From a virus (taxonomy: Duplodnaviria; Caudoviricetes): a stretch of 64,000 nucleotides of DNA. A program made the position numbers and the translations under genes. The DNA lies in the IMG/VR virus record IMGVR_UViG_638276472_000001, positions 1-64,000 of that record. One strand, written 5' to 3'. Numbering within the stretch: the stretch's first letter is position 1; each line of letters begins with the position of its first letter. A model generated the notes under the pieces. The model did not search any database. It saw only the letters and a list, made by a program, of their open reading frames with translations, and was not told the origin of the DNA. Below, piece after piece: positions 62,610-64,000 of the stretch.

Positions 62610-62927
62610 TTATTGAATGTAGCCTTCGTTGTAGGCGGCAAGTACCGAACGGGTGATACGAGGCAATGTTGCTCCGTAGCCCCACAATTCGGTGTCGTGG
62701 AAGTAGTGCATGGCCACTCGCTGAGCTGTTCGCTTGGTGTCGAATGGTCCCTCCACCACTTCCGCGTCCCGATGGCCATCACCGTCTTTTTCCCAGATGG
62801 TGAGTACCCATTCGGGGTATGTCGATTCTTTGCGGCGCATGGTCACAAAGATCTCTTCTTCGGTCTCCGCTTGGTAGACCCCGGTGTCAACGCGGACCCA
62901 CTTGAGGTCCTGATCTGCATCTGTCAT
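62610..62927 (-). CDS. hypothetical protein inserted antisense in tRNA array
   Basis: MTDADQDLKW...EGPFDTKRTAQ; TAACAT 7 nt before ATG. Confidence 0.7.
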   Translation of the reverse strand: MTDADQDLKWVRVDTGVYQAETEEEIFVTMRRKESTYPEWVLTIWEKDGDGHRDAEVVEGPFDTKRTAQRVAMHYFHDTELWGYGATLPRITRSVLAAYNEGYIQ

Positions 62928-63025
62928 ACCTGCAATGTTACTCCCAAACCTGGGAATTCCCTTGTGGAGCACTGTTGATCATCGTATTACATAAGATGCG
63001 ATTCACGTTTTTGCCATTAACTAAT

Positions 63026-63097
63026 GGTTCCGTGGTGTAACGGTTAGCACCTGGGTCTTTCAAGCCCAAGGTCAGGGTTCAACTCCCTGCGGAACTG
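63026..63097 (+). tRNA. tRNA-Glu(TTC)
   Basis: TGGGT-CTTTCAA-GCCCA. Confidence 0.92.
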
Positions 63098-63102
63098 CGC
63101 AT

Positions 63103-63173
63103 GGCCCACTGGTGTAATGGGAACACGCCACCCCCTCAAGGTGGAGTCAGGGGTTCAATTCCCCTGTGGGCTA
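63103..63173 (+). tRNA. tRNA-Glu(CTC)
   Basis: CCACC-CCCTCAA-GGTGG (C33). Confidence 0.9.
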
Positions 63174-63179
63174 CTCTAT

Positions 63180-63250
63180 TCCGGTATCGTTCAAAGGCAG
63201 GACACCAAGCTGTTAACTTGGCTATGTTGGTTCGATCCCAGCTACCGGAG
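63180..63250 (+). tRNA. tRNA-Asn(GTT)
   Basis: T1:A72; CCAAG-CTGTTAA-CTTGG. Confidence 0.92.
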
Positions 63251-63256
63251 CAACCA

Positions 63257-63286
63257 CCCCGTCTCCTCGTGAGGCGGGGTTTTTTT
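63257..63286 (+). terminator. intrinsic terminator ending tRNA operon
   Basis: CCCCGTCTC/GAGGCGGGG hairpin + T7. Confidence 0.9.
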
Positions 63287-63298
63287 ATGCCCAGGCCC

Positions 63299-63326
63299 CA
63301 GAAATGATGGGTGATAGGTTAGCTGC
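63299..63326 (+). promoter_or_regulatory. degenerate GAAAA-box promoter (CAGAAATGAT-N6-TAGGTT-N6-ATG)
   Basis: Same spacing, right after terminator. Confidence 0.65.
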
Positions 63327-63572
63327 ATGGCATTGAAAGACCGGCTCAAGATCATGCATGAGGAAAGAAATACGCAGGTCAGGTACCTGCGTATCACCCC
63401 TCTGCTGAGCGGCGGCTGCCGACTGGGTGTGACCGCCGAAGATCTGTACGAAGTCTTCGGGGGGTATGTGGGCAGCGGGTATGTCCTGAAGTCTGCCGAC
63501 AAGGGCGATGACGGGTCGTGGGAGTTTGCTCTGGAGATGACCGACTTCACGATGAAGCCCGTTGAACCCTGA
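63327..63572 (+). CDS. hypothetical protein
   Basis: 81 aa, leaderless. Confidence 0.7.
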   Translation: MALKDRLKIMHEERNTQVRYLRITPLLSGGCRLGVTAEDLYEVFGGYVGSGYVLKSADKGDDGSWEFALEMTDFTMKPVEP

Positions 63573-63664
63573 TTTTGACCTGCCGTTCAAACGGTGCCTG
63601 TTTCAGGGCATGCCTGATTGGACGGTGCGGTGTCCCCCGAAGTGTTGGCTGAAGAGAGAAGCTG

Positions 63665-63781
63665 ATGAGCAAGCATCTGACAAGTCAGACCAGGCGTCTG
63701 GCACGTAGCCTGTGGATCATCCCGTCGTTGGGCCTGGTGGCCACGGTGGTGGGTCTCGTGATCGTAGCGGTGGCGCTGTGA
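63665..63781 (+). CDS. small TM peptide (38 aa)
   Basis: MSKHLTSQTRRLARSLWIIPSLGLVATVVGLVIVAVAL. Confidence 0.5.
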   Translation: MSKHLTSQTRRLARSLWIIPSLGLVATVVGLVIVAVAL

Positions 63782-63846
63782 CTCGGCAGGTGATTGCTGT
63801 ATTCATGGTGATCGTGTTGGTGTTGGTTCTGGCAGGAATGGTGTGA
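63778..63846 (+). CDS. small TM peptide (22 aa)
   Basis: GTGA overlap; hydrophobic. Confidence 0.4.
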   Translation: MTRQVIAVFMVIVLVLVLAGMV

Positions 63847-63847
63847 C

Positions 63848-63943
63848 ATGAAATGTCCTAAGTGCGGCAAAGAAATTGGCTACTTCCCGGCGAAGGATGG
63901 CCGCGACAAGCCAGCAGAGCCTCCGAAATGCCCGCGCCGATAA
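63848..63943 (+). CDS. small CxxC peptide (31 aa)
   Basis: MKCPKCGKEIGYF; AGGA SD. Confidence 0.45.
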   Translation: MKCPKCGKEIGYFPAKDGRDKPAEPPKCPRR

Positions 63944-64000
63944 GGAATCTCAAGCTTCGCCTGGCTGAGCGGTGGATGAAAGCTTGCCTTGCCGAGCCAA

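Noticed and set aside
58914-62782. ORF-track ORFs overlapping tmRNA and tRNAs
   Set aside because: They overlap clear RNA genes and lack coding features

Overview
This window is the left ~64 kb of a lytic siphovirus of mycobacteria. From recall, not a database search, its layout closely matches cluster V mycobacteriophage Wildcat, and the window appears to start at the cos end. Layout: (1) 58-7330, leftward small genes including a CCA-adding enzyme, an O-methyltransferase and a LexA-type DNA-binding domain; (2) 7390-39604, rightward terminase, portal, capsid, tail, tape-measure, minor-tail and lysis genes plus NrdH; (3) 39680-41772, a leftward block with three tandem paralogs and a pol-beta (RlaP-like) nucleotidyltransferase; (4) 42120-58710, rightward ERF, nuclease, ClpP-like, SSB, DnaB, two WhiB-like, HNH/EndoVII, nucleotide-metabolism and phosphatase genes; (5) 58744-63286, an RNA operon with a tmRNA, 24 tRNAs covering all 20 amino acids and one D-armless tRNA-like gene. 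Best signals beyond standard annotation: (a) many tRNA spacers fold into distinct pseudoknotted or multi-branched RNA modules ending just before the next tRNA; (b) a recurrent promoter architecture GAAAA(CT/AC)GA(T/A)-N6-TANNNT-N6/7-ATG that would give leaderless mRNAs; (c) invariant T(-1) and C74 flanks on all tRNA-type genes, paired with a phage CCA enzyme; (d) an FN3 domain split across two adjacent tail genes; (e) a tmRNA tag ending LVAA plus a ClpP-like protein lacking its catalytic Asp. All RNA structures were paired by eye and need computational confirmation.
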